From Octopus vulgaris (taxonomy: Eukaryota), in the NCBI GenBank assembly GCA_951406725.2, contig OX597822.1:40052001-40116000 (forward strand): a DNA stretch of 64,000 nt. The letters run 5' to 3'. Positions 1 to 12,050 of this stretch are shown piece after piece (the first letter of the stretch is position 1; every line of letters starts with the position of its first letter). Made by a program: the position numbers and the translations under genes. The notes beneath the pieces are model-generated. The model was not told the origin of the DNA. It did not search any database and worked only from the letters and a program-made list of their open reading frames with translations.

Positions 1-230
1 CTTTTACTTTGCTTCAGTCATTTTATGCCCTATGCAGGGGTACCGCCTCGAAGAGTTGTAGTCGAATACATCCACTCCAGTATTCATTTTTATAAAACCT
101 GATATTTATCCTATTGGTGACTTTTGCCGAACCACAAAGTTTCGGCGTCATCAACAAACCAACACCGGTTATCAAGCAGTGGTGGCGAACAAACAGAGAT
201 ACACGTAGACGCACACAGACACATGCGCAC
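1..230 (-). mobile_element. SINE family B (tRNA head + CORE-like domain), 3' half
   Basis: Reverse complement of the recurring 3' half (ttttgccgaacc...ttcagtca...cttttac) seen in about 20 copies in the window. Confidence 0.8.
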
Positions 231-410
231 ACACACTAACACACACATACACACACATACACACACACACACATACACACACACACATACACACAAACAC
301 ACACAGACACGCACACACACACACACAAATTCCCACCGCACACACACACACACACGTATTAAAAAGAAATAATAAACACGCAAAAAACATGTAATATCAC
401 TTTGGAGCAT

Positions 411-636
411 GTGGAAGTGCGTGGCTTAGTGGTTAGGGATGTTGGATTCATGATCGTAAGATTGTGGTTTCGATTCTTGGGCCGGGCGACGCGTTGTGTT
501 CTTGTGTAAACACTTCATTTCACGTTGCTCCAGTCTGCTAAGCTGGCGAAAGTGAATTATACTGCGGCGGCCGGCGTTCCGACTAGGTGGGGAATTTCTA
601 CGCCATGGAAAACGGAGAACTAGCCCTTATGAGTCG
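411..636 (+). mobile_element. SINE family C (tRNA head 1, CORE-like body, V-like tail), truncated by SINE A
   Basis: A box tggcttagtgg, B box ggtttcgattc, body gtgttcttg...cacttcatttcacgttgctccagtc; matches 45851-46100. Confidence 0.8.
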
Positions 637-855
637 GCTGGCAGAAACGTTAGCACGCCGGACGAAATGCGTAGCCGTATTTCGTCTGCCGTTACGTTCT
701 GAGTTCAAATTCCGCCGAGGTCGACTTTGCCTTTCTTCCTTTCGGGGTCGATAAATTAAGTACCAGTTACGCACTGGGGTCGATGTAATCGACTTAATCT
801 CCTTGTCTGTCCTCTGTGTGTTTAGCCCCTTGTGGCTAGTAAAGAAATAGGTATG
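637..855 (+). mobile_element. SINE family A (tRNA-derived)
   Basis: gctggcagaaacgttagcacgcc...gagttcaaattccgccgaggtcgactttgcc...; B box gagttcaaattc; more than 20 copies in window. Confidence 0.85.
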
Positions 856-914
856 TACCCCCTCGCTTTTTCATGTCGAATTTTACTATTCTGTAAATAA
901 TATTAATGATAAGC

Positions 915-1188
915 AATTGCAGCGTGGAAGGTGTTTATAAGCCATTTAAGAAACACACAAAAACCGTTAGATTCACTTCAACATAGAAAATTTAATTTGC
1001 CAAAATATTTTCGTCGCTTTGAAACCACGACCTGTTCACTGACAAAATGAGATGCAGCACGGAATTTTGTCAGTGATCAAGTTGCGGTCTCAAAGAGAAT
1101 ATTTTGGCAAATTAAATTTAAATGTTGATACGAATCTAACGGTTTTTGTGTTTTTTTAATGGTTATAAACACCTTCCATACTGCAATT
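915..1188. mobile_element. Foldback palindrome, probable Penelope-like inverted pLTR remnant
   Basis: 915-1048 is the imperfect reverse complement of 1063-1188; each arm carries an HHR-like motif. Confidence 0.7.
996..1046 (-). ncRNA. Minimal type-I hammerhead ribozyme motif, G3-C8 core variant
   Basis: Minus strand UUUGUCA-GUGAACA-G-GUCG..CGAC-GAAA-AUAU-UU-UGGCAAA: 7-bp helix I, helix II, GAAA and palindromic helix III. Confidence 0.65.
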
Positions 1189-1485
1189 CCTTTTGTTTCA
1201 GCACACGATCTCAGATCAGGTCACTTGCTATGCAAGTACATCTCCGTAACAATAATGATATTTTATAAGATTAAAGCTTATAAGTGATCATCGTGACTGA
1301 AAAAAGCGCGGGGTTTCGTTGGTGTAATAGTAGCACACTTGTTACGAAAATATAGAGATGCAATTTCGAGCCTCACGCGTACGATAATCCCACTTTATTT
1401 TTTCCGTCGAGGGCTTATATGCTCCAATATTAGACTATTTTCTTGAGTCAATACACGGTGATCGATTATTAACTTTAAGCTTAGA

Positions 1486-1486
<1 letters not shown>

Positions 1487-1554
<68 letters not shown>

Positions 1555-1591
1555 CATTATTATCATCATCATCATCATTATTATTATTATT
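1487..1591. repeat. (ATT)n/(ATC)n microsatellite
   Basis: Directly visible trinucleotide run. Confidence 0.95.
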
Positions 1592-2140
1592 GAGTGAGAG
1601 AGCAGTTCATGCCATCAAAGTGATACGGGGGTAAAATATACGAAGCCCAATATACCCATCATGACTACCCGTCTGATAAGAGTACACCAGGCACATGCAT
1701 CACAACAATATGTGCGCGACACGGTGATCTCATATCAAGATAAACAGCACATGACCTTGCAGGTGGGGCCCAGTTAGAATTTTCTTCAGGTTGAGTAGCC
1801 CATCCCGCTCAAACGGTCCCTGAATAAGGGTTGTTTAAGGATGTTGAAAGAACCACCCATGTTTCTAGAGGTGAATTGTTCAAACCCCAAAGAATCCCTC
1901 ATCATGCTATGATGCTCCCCCACTACTTCTGCTCGTGATCAGAGATGCACATATCGTCAGCCACTAAGGGGCATGCTCAACTGGTTAAGGTCAAACAACT
2001 GACAAGCAAATCTGTGGTATTGAGCAGAATATTTGCTGTAGCCCATCTTTTATACCAAGACAAAACAATGTACATGATAACACTTCGAATCAGTTAAGAT
2101 CAGAAGCCATGAGAGCCACTGCCTGGTACTGCATCAGGGC
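1592..2140. mobile_element. Unclassified ~550-bp element embedded in an (ATT)n tract
   Basis: Complex, more GC-rich block sharply bounded on both sides by (ATT)n (1487-1591, 2141-2210); no ORF. Confidence 0.55.
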
Positions 2141-2210
<70 letters not shown>

Positions 2211-2884
2211 TACAGAATTGAAAACAGCGAGCTCATAGAATTAGCACGTTGGATGAAATGCTTAGCGGCATTTCGCCCGTCGCTCCGTTCTGAGTTCAAA
2301 TTCTGCCGAGGTTGACTTTACTTTTTATCCTTTTGGGGTCGACAAATTAAGTACCAGTGGAGTACTGGGGTCGATGTAATCGATTATACCCCTCCCCCAA
2401 ATTTCAAGCCTTGTGCGTATAATAGAAAGGATTATTATTAAGACAATTATAAAAAATTGACACCGCTTATCAAATCATTTGCGACGCAGTAAGACTGAGC
2501 CTGGAACCATGTGGTTTGGAAGCAAACTTCTTACCACACAGCCACGCCTGCACCTATACTGATTTCAAAATCTTGGCACAAGGCCAGCAATTTCGGGGGG
2601 AGGGGCAATAAGTTGATTACGTCGGCCTCAACGTTCAGCAGGTATTCTATTTTATTGACTACGAAGCAATGAATGCAAAGTCGACCCCGGCGGCATTTGA
2701 TCTCAAATCTTGTGCCTATACTGGAAAAATTAATGTGTGTGCTGGCGTGTGTGTGAGTGTGTTTGTGTGTGTGTGTATGTGTGTGTGTGTGTGTGTGTGT
2801 GTCCCAATAGGATTTTCTGAGAAGCTCACGTATATATATATATGGGGTATATATATATATGGGATATATATATATATATATCCC

Positions 2885-3262
2885 AGACACATAGTTCCGG
2901 GTGCATGGCACCTTGGGCAAGTGTCTTCTACTATAGCTTCGGGCCGACAAAAACTTGTTGTGAGTGGATTTCATAGACGGAAACTGAAAGAAGCCTGTCG
3001 CATATACATACATACATATATGTGTGTGTGTTGTGTGTGTTTGTGTTCTGTGTTTGTCCTTCGCCTCCACCATCGCTTGACAACCGATGCTTGTGTGTTT
3101 ACGTCACCGTAACTTAGCGGTTCGGCAAAAGGGCCTGGTATAATAGGTACTAGGCTTACAGAGAATAAGTCCAGGGGTCGGTTTGTTATACTGAATTCGT
3201 AAAAGCGATGCTGCAGCATGGCCGCAGACCACTGTTGAGACAAGCATAAGATAAAGGAAAAA
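2885..3262 (+). mobile_element. SINE family B, near full length
   Basis: ggcaccttgggcaagtgtcttc (CORE-like), internal microsatellite, 3' cagcatggccgcag. Confidence 0.85.
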
Positions 3263-3436
3263 AGACGACTCATCGACGCGTCATATGACATGCCAGAAAT
3301 AGCAGGCAAATATCTTGCTTATAAAGCAGACCCTACTTTTTTCATGAAGGAAAGGACACATTAGTTAATTTGCGAAACGTCCCCAAAAGAGAACCTATAG
3401 TGAGGTGGGGGCGGATCAGTTACTACCACTGGTGTT

Positions 3437-3473
3437 GATGATGGTGCTGGTGCTGATGTTGATGACAATGATA

Positions 3474-3526
<53 letters not shown>

Positions 3527-3580
3527 GATGATGATGATGATGATTGTGATGATGATAATGATGATGATGATGATGATGAC

Positions 3581-3639
<59 letters not shown>

Positions 3640-3713
3640 CGATGATGATGATGACGACGATGATGATGGTGATGATGATGATGATGATGATGGTGACGAC
3701 GATGGTGATGTTC

Positions 3714-3748
<35 letters not shown>

Positions 3749-3762
3749 AGAGGTGGTGATGA
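3437..3762. repeat. (GAT)n microsatellite
   Basis: About 320 bp of GAT units; source of the poly-M, poly-H and poly-I ORFs. Confidence 0.95.
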
Positions 3763-3834
3763 TTTTGATCCTGATACATTTTATGGAATCAGGCAACAAT
3801 ACGAGACAAACGGAAATGGAGGGTCACGAAAGTA

Positions 3835-3845
3835 CACAAACACAA

Positions 3846-3877
<32 letters not shown>

Positions 3878-5027
3878 AACACACGCGCACATGCACGCAA
3901 GTACGTACACACGCACACACATTCATACGCGCACATATACACACAAACACTCCTTCTCGCATGCACACATACACACACACACACAAACACACGCATACAG
4001 AAACACACACACATACATGCAATCAAAGTTAGCAAACTCTGGCATAGACATAAAGACACCACACACGCAAACACACACACACACTCACACACACACACAC
4101 ACACGCATACACTCACACACACACATACACTCACACACACACATACACTCACACACACACAGTCACACACACACACATACACTCACCCACCCACACGCAC
4201 ACACACACACACATACTCACACCCATACACACACACACATTCACGTAAAGATTGTTACCGACGCCATTACTTACCCACAAATACACGAAGACTCGGCTCA
4301 TAACCACAGGCATCTTCAGCAGATTTATACACTACAACAATAACAATAACAGCAACAACTGTAATAATAACAGATGCATCAACAACGACAGCAACAACTA
4401 CAACAACAACACTAACTATAAAATTAAGCATAACATCATCACCTACCGCCGCAACACGCATCATAAGTATCAATGACATAATTTTAAAAACACTCAGGTA
4501 TGACATACACACAGACACACATACATACATACATACATGCATATATACATACACACATACATACATACATGCATATATACATATATACATTCATAATACA
4601 TACATACATACATACATACATACATACATACATGCATACATACATATATATATACACACATACATACATACATGCATATATACATACATATATACCTTCA
4701 TACATACATACATACACACACATAGATATATACAAATACATACACACACATACATACAAACATACATACATGCATGCATGCATACATACATACACACACA
4801 TATATACATACACACAAACCCACATACATACATGCATACATACATACATAAACACACATACGTACATATAACACACATACATACATAAACACACATGCAT
4901 ACATACAAACACACATACATACATTCATTCATACATACATACATACACATACATACATACATATACATACATACACACAGATACATACATATAGACACAT
5001 ACAAACATACACATACATATACATACA
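3835..5027. repeat. Compound (CA)n/(AAC)n/(TACA)n microsatellite tract
   Basis: Directly visible low-complexity sequence. Confidence 0.9.
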
Positions 5028-5028
5028 T

Positions 5029-5367
5029 GCTGAGATCCCCTTTGGTTATGACTGACCATGAGATTGTACCTAGAAAGTTACCCTCCGAGGCACAAGTCCG
5101 GGCAAGGTTGTTTATGGAAGACCAGCAGTCGCCCATGCATACCAGCCTCCCCTCTCCACGCCACCAGTGTTATCCAAGGGAAAGGCAAAGGCCGATGCAG
5201 CTTGGTACCAGTGACGTCGCAGCTCATTTCTACAGCTGAGTGAACTGGAGCAACGTGAAATAAAGTGTCTTGCTCAAGAACACAACACGCAGCCCGGTCC
5301 GGGTATCGAACTCACAACCTCACGATCGTAAGCTCGACGCTCTAACCACTCAGCCATGTACCTTCAC
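5029..5367 (-). mobile_element. SINE family C, head 1 with a distinct tail
   Basis: Reverse complement of head gtgaagg..tggctgagtggttagagc..gagttcgatacc plus CORE-like body; 3' part differs from other C copies. Confidence 0.8.
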
Positions 5368-5531
5368 ATACATACATGCATACACATGCGTACATACGAG
5401 AATGCATGCATACATACATATATACACCATACATACATAAATGCATACATCTCTCTATATAAGTACTTACATAACTACATATATGTATATATATATATAT
5501 CTGTCTATCTGTCTATCTGTTTGTCTATTTA

Positions 5532-5599
<68 letters not shown>

Positions 5600-5600
5600 C

Positions 5601-5780
5601 CTTCGAACGAGGAGTAGACGAAGCGGAGGCGGCTGAAGAAGGGGATTTTTCCTTGTGTTGTATGTCTTGTACCGTTTCTTCGTTGTTTAAAAAGATGTTC
5701 GTTTCCATGGTTCTGTTTTTATGTTTTCGTTTCTCATTGTGTTCGACGTTTTTTTTTTTTTTTTTTGTCCTGTACCCATA
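5601..5780 (+). mobile_element. Probable Penelope-like terminal-repeat fragment in (TA)n
   Basis: Same family as 18452-18606 (opposite orientation); begins at a ccttcGAA..TA partial HHR-like 3' half. Confidence 0.5.
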
Positions 5781-5860
5781 TATGCATGTATATATACATA
5801 TAGATGTAGGTATGTACATATATGTATGTATATATCCATATGTTTTATTTATTATTTTGT

Positions 5861-5905
<45 letters not shown>

Positions 5906-6527
5906 CATACATACATACATACATACATACATACATACATACATACATACATACATACATACATACGTGTATACATATTTGGATACATACATACATAAAT
6001 GTATACATGAATGCACACACTAACACACACACATGTGTATATGTACTACGTACGTACATGCATACACACACACGCTTGTATTTATTTATACGCAGTCACA
6101 ACACTATCATTTAGTAAACAACATGAAAGACGATACTGACAACAGCAACAACAACAACTGCAACAAAACAGTGACGTAGATCAAATACAGACAGGAATCA
6201 ACAAATATTACCATATTAAGTTAAACCCTCCATTTTCATTTTCTTGCCACATCGACACCGCCCTCAGCCCACCCAGCAATTTCTAGCATTTACATAAGTA
6301 TTGAAACGCATGTACATACACGCACCAAGACATCCAGATAACGACGCACACGCGCGCGCTCGCGCGAGGCCGTGTGTGTACGCATATAAATAAACTATGA
6401 CAACAACAGTATCATTAGCAAACAATAGGAAAGACACTCCTTCTTATAGCAATAACAACCACCACAAAAACAAAACAGCAAACATGATACATAAAAGACG
6501 TCCCTTTCAAAAAATCTTTACTTCCCT

Positions 6528-6604
<77 letters not shown>

Positions 6605-6638
6605 AATATATATGTATATACAAATATACATTCAAAAC

Positions 6639-6678
<40 letters not shown>

Positions 6679-6689
6679 TACAAATATAT

Positions 6690-6724
<35 letters not shown>

Positions 6725-6887
6725 TTTATACATACATACATATATATACATGTATATTTATTTATACAAACATATATATGAATATATGGTTATGTCTACA
6801 TATAAATTTATATGTATCAGTAAGTATATATATGTGTGTGTGTGTGTGTGCATGTATGTATGTATGTATATACACCACAGTGCCTCC

Positions 6888-6927
<40 letters not shown>

Positions 6928-6963
6928 CACACTCACACACACACATATACACATACACACACA

Positions 6964-7059
<96 letters not shown>

Positions 7060-7849
7060 CAATTTGTACGTCTATCAGTGTCTGATCTGTAACCCCTTCT
7101 GACAATCACTTAAACTCTACACCCTCAGCCCGCCACATTAATATCGATATTGTCTGGTAATATTTAGGCATTAACAGACAATTGTAGCAAGAGAAAATAA
7201 TAAATTAACAAAATACATAACAACCAAAACAAACCCAAAGCAAAACGCTATAAATTTATGTCAGTAATAGCGACCATATTAACTCAGTTCTTTTGACATC
7301 GCTAAACAGACGTTTCTTAATTTGTTTCAGACTTTTGTCTTGTCTGTTGTGTTTTTAGTTTGTCTTCGTTTTCTTGATAAGATAGCTTCTTCATAAACCG
7401 GAAGTCGTCTTTTTGTCCCTTTTTCATTGTGTCTGTCTATCTCTGTCTCTGCCTGCCTCTATCGTTCTATCACTATGTATCTTTTTCTCACTCGTTTATT
7501 CTCTTCTCTCTTCCTTTCTGTTTTGCTCGAGCCAATGAGGGAAGGTTTTCGTTATCGTTTGCCCTGCTAAAAATCAACCATTCTCTCTCAAACCACACCC
7601 AGCTTTTTTTAAACGGGTGACACTGGCTACTGTAGACTATGGTATACAATGACTAAACATATAGATGAGATGTTCATGGTTGGAATGTCATAGATCAATA
7701 AGTCCACTTAACAAGAGCTAATCTGGGGCGAAACAAAACCAACGGATCTTGGACGAGTCGTTCTAGGTGCTAGAAATAACAACTAAATCTGCTCTACAAT
7801 CTGTCACAAATCATACCCTGATGTAAAAAATATAGAAGGTGACGTAGAA

Positions 7850-8028
7850 CAGTGCTTCGCAACCGGTGTGCCGCGGCTCACTGGAGAGCCACGAGACGAT
7901 GCTAGGCGTGCCGCAGTGTAACCTGAATATAATTTTTTTTCCTTATACTTTTAGTTCTAGTTCAGGTGTACCGCCGAATTTTGAAAAGAATATGTGTGCT
8001 GCAAACGAAAAAAGGTGGCGGGGCACTG
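7850..8028. mobile_element. hAT-Charlie-like MITE
   Basis: Ends cagtgcttcgcaacc / ggtggcggggcactg; internal gtgccgc motifs; no clear TSD. Confidence 0.55.
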
Positions 8029-8094
8029 TTGGAGACTATAGTTCCTGACAGACACAAAAAAAGTGGGATGGTTACGGTTGGAATAAAAATACAT

Positions 8095-8838
8095 ATTTCT
8101 TTATTACCTACAAGGGGCTAAACACAGAGGGGACAAACAAGGACAGACAAACGGATTAAGTCGATTATATCGACACCATTGCGTAACTGGTACTTATTTA
8201 ATCGACCCCGAAAGGATGAAAGGCTAAGTCGACCTCGGCGGAATTTGAACTCTGAACATAGAAGCAGACGAAATACGGCTACGCATTTCGCCCGGCGTGC
8301 TAACGTTTCTGCCAGCTCGCCGCCTACAATACAATAAAAATACAACCAACAACATCAGTAGCTGCAACAATATAGCCATTATTGTTGTAACTGCTTTGAC
8401 AACCTCTGCAAAAAGTGAAGGATTCTCTTACCGTTCATTGGAATATTAGAATCTTGAGAAGAGTTAGGTCATTGCCTGAAGAAATCTAAAACTCTGCACG
8501 CAACGAGTGGTGGTGTTTCTCTTTCTTTTAAATCAGACGTCGCAATAAGATATCCTGGGGAAGGACCTTGTGCCTAAAGTAGAAAAGAATAAGTTAATTA
8601 TTTGTGGCGGCGAGCTGGCAGAAACGTTAACGCGCCGGACGAAATACTTAGCGGTATTTCGTCTGCCGCTACGTTCTGAGTTCAAATTCCGCCGAGGTCG
8701 ACTTTGCTTTTCATCCTTTCGGGGTCGATTAAATAAGTACCAGTTACGCACTGGAGTTAATATAATCGACTTAATCCGTGTGTCTGTCCTTGTTTGTCCT
8801 CTCTGTGTTTAGCCCCTTGTGGGCAATAAAGAAATAAG
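8095..8838. mobile_element. Two divergent SINE A copies (8095-8327 minus, 8606-8838 plus)
   Basis: Near-identical copies in inverted orientation, about 280 bp apart. Confidence 0.85.
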
Positions 8839-10060
8839 ATGGCAATATTCTAGTATTTCATTGTGTTATATCTCATTAAGAAACAGGCTGGTTATATCTA
8901 TTCAGTGGATTGAAAAGGAGCAGTAATGATGAGTTATTTAAATCTAAGGGATAATTCTTGTCTTTGATTTGTTGAAACCTAAAGGATGCGGACATGGCGT
9001 CCTAGTTAAGAAGCTCACTTCGGAATCCCTTGTGCACTATCAAATAATCCACCTGGCGGAAAAGGTTCTATCGAGCAGATCAGAGGATCTGCTAGAAATG
9101 ATAGCCAAATTCCAGTCAAATTTCCCTTTAATCTCTTTTTAAGGAAAAAAAAAAAAGGAAAATGCATTAGAAAACGTACTGAAAAGTTTATTGTATGAGT
9201 TAGATGGGATGGCCATATCTGGAATGAATTGGATCATAGGGATGCTCAAACAGAGCTGACTGAAGCTAAATAACAAAAACAAATGTTTAGGAATTTCTGT
9301 CGCAGCTTCGACCTCAGAATATCGTGTTGCATCAACAACAAAGGAATATACAAATTCTTTCGGAAGTGGTATTGACACCAGTTGGTTAAAGAAATTTGCC
9401 AGTTCCACTAGAAACAGCAGACAAAATGTGTTCACCGAATAAGTTATTCAATGAAGCAAGATAGAGCGGCAATACACCATACAAAATAATAGGTGTTCTC
9501 CATAATTACCCAATCATGTCTACTCAGTTTTTAATGACATTATAGTAGATGACATGATCCAGTGTCTTAGAACGTACAGTGGTTTTGATGCGTACAACTC
9601 TATTTTTCCTAATTTATATCGAAGAAATGTTGAAGGAATATTCTCACCACCATCACTTCGGTGGCAAAACTTTTTTCTGCAATCTTTTAATTGTCCACCA
9701 CTAAAATATCTTCTAAGCCTAATTTTTACTTCTATAAGTGATTTTCATCGAATTTCTTTTTATTCCAAGCACTATTTAAAAAAAATTAAAATAGCGATCA
9801 TAAAATTCATAAGCTGTCTTTAAAATACGGTAACTGAAAGATACATAAAATCATGTTATAAATTCATGTTTAAATTGCAATAACCATGTATCTGTCTTGA
9901 AATTTTATCTGAGGTGATTGCATACAGTACGAATTTGTTATCTGAGAGGCTAACTTTTTACAAAGACGATCATCAACTACACAGTGAAAATGATCTAATT
10001 GTGATTAGGATGAGGCATTGCAATTTGTTATATATTCTCCTTAGGGCAACTTGGGGCAAT

Positions 10061-10360
10061 GTGGAGGTGCAATGGCCCAGTGGTTAGGGCAGCAGTCTCG
10101 CGGTCGGAGGATCGTGGTTTCGATTCCCAGACCAGACTTTGTGTGTGTTTATTGAACGAAAACACCTAAAGCTCCACGAGGCTCCGGCAGGGGGTGGTGG
10201 CGACCTCTGTTGTACTCTTTCACCCCAATTTTCTCTCACTCTTTCTTCCTGTTTCTCGAGTAACGCTGCGATGGACTGGCGTCCCATCCAGCTGGGGGAA
10301 CACATGTGCCACAGAAACTGGGAAACCGGCCCATGAGCTTGGCTAGGCTTGAAAAGGGCG
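10061..10360 (+). mobile_element. SINE family C, head 2 (tRNA-Arg-like) with V-like tail
   Basis: tggcccagtggttaggg...ctcgcggtc...ggtttcgattcccag; tail ctgcgatggactggcgtcccatccag resembles the V-SINE domain. Confidence 0.8.
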
Positions 10361-10867
10361 AAAAAAGAAAAAAAAATGGAGGAGATTAGAATGGGATGTC
10401 CTGCAGAGTTTCTGAAGAAGGTTTGTGCTTTTGGAATAGGAAACATCTGTGCATATATATAAATGCATATATAACGAGTATCAGCTATTAATTTTCAAAA
10501 TACATTTCTAACTTTTTTTTTCTTTCTGTTAGCAGAAAAATTATTTGCACGCGCAAAATGTTCCTTTAATCACTGAAGAGATGTGATGTCCCTTTAATCA
10601 AAGAAGCTTTGAACTTTCCTTTGGTTTTTCTCTCTTTTTTCTTTTTTTTTTCATTTCTACTACCATCACAGTGCTGCTTTCTCTCTGCGTCAAAAAACAA
10701 AAAACAAAAAAGCGGTAAACATTGATCCGATTTCTACCCGTTATTTGCTGGAAGGAGAATACAAATAAATAGTAATTAAATTTACGGGGGAAAATGTGGG
10801 AGATACCCAAAAGTAACCAGTACCTTTCTCGGTGAGACAAGCCCCTTGTAATTTAGGCTTCAATCAC

Positions 10868-11043
10868 TGAGAGAAAGTTGTGGTAAAAAAGTCAGCAAAA
10901 GGTTCGCCATTACCTTCTGCCGGAGCTGCGTGGAGCTTCGGTGTTTCACTCATAAAAACACACATCGCCCGGTCTGAGATTCCAATCCGCGATCCCTCGA
11001 CCGCGAGTCGGCTGCTCTAACCACTAGGCGATGTGCCTCCACT
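10868..11043 (-). mobile_element. SINE family C head 2, partial
   Basis: Reverse complement of gtggaggcacatcgcctagtggttagagcagccgactcgcggtc; similar to 60555-60632. Confidence 0.7.
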
Positions 11044-11044
11044 G

Positions 11045-11152
11045 CTGTAATATAACTTTTTTTTCCAGTTGTCCATTTTCAGCCATGCCCAGAGTTTTCT
11101 CCCGCGTTCATCATCAGTGTATTTCCATAAATGACCATACAAAGGTTTCTCG
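11045..11152 (-). pseudogene. R4/Dong-clade LINE ORF fragment
   Basis: KPLYGHLWKYTDDERGRKLWAWLK resembles the KPLHGQF...SWxWL segment of R4/Dong ORFs. Confidence 0.55.
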
Positions 11153-11159
11153 TCTTTCT

Positions 11160-11359
11160 TTCTTTTACTTGTTTCAGTCATTTGACTGTGGCCATGCTGG
11201 AGCACCGCATTTAGTCGAGCAAATCGAGCCCAGGACTTATTCTTTGTAAGCCTAGTACTTATTTTTTCGGTCTCTTTTGCCGAACCACTAAGTTACGGGG
11301 ACATAAATACACCAGCATCGGTTGTCAAGCGATGGTGGGGTGACAAACAGAACACACAA

Positions 11360-11434
<75 letters not shown>

Positions 11435-12050
11435 TACGAATGGCGTCTTTCAGTTTCCGTCTACCAAATCCACTCACAAGACTTTGGTCGGCCCGAGGCT
11501 ATAGTAGATGACACTTGCACAAGGTGCCACGCTGTAGGATTGAACCCAGAATCTTGTAGTTGGTAAGCAACTGTACAATAGATGTATACAATATATATAT
11601 ACAGTAATAATAAAGGGTATAATAATTTGGAATAATTATCATTATATTTCGGATGTAAAAGCCCCATTCGAGGAAAATTTGTAGGTAACGTATGATAGAT
11701 TGCCGTCATTTCATTCTTCTTTCTTACCTGTCTGTGTTTGCCTTCAAGTGCTGTGTTTTTACTGAGATCCCCTTTTAGTAGAAGGAATAGCTATATCTCT
11801 TTGACTGCTATTTCTAAATTCGGTGTGTTGGTGAGGCAATTGTTGCTAAACCCTTAATTACTTATATATATATATATATATATATACGACGGCTTCTTTC
11901 AGTTTCCGTCTACCAAATCCACTCACAAGGCTTTGGTCTGCCTGAAGCTATAGTAAAAGACACTTGCCCAAGGTTCCATGCAGTGGGACTGAACCCGGAA
12001 CCATGTGGTTGGTAAGCAAGCTTCTTACCACACAGCCACTCCTGCGTCTA
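11160..12050 (-). mobile_element. SINE B copies (11160-11570; 11887-12050 5' half)
   Basis: Match to family B with internal (CA)n(TA)n. Confidence 0.85.

Noticed and set aside
2105-2140. Minus-strand gccCTGATG as an HHR or snRNA-derived head
   Set aside because: No downstream GAAA or helix III, and no recognisable snRNA match
3405-4343. 312-aa poly-Met/His-Thr ORF
   Set aside because: Translation of (GAT)n and (CA)n microsatellites; no splice or domain evidence
10061-10135. tRNA-Arg gene (and other tRNA-like heads)
   Set aside because: Runs directly into a SINE body with no intact acceptor stem or terminator
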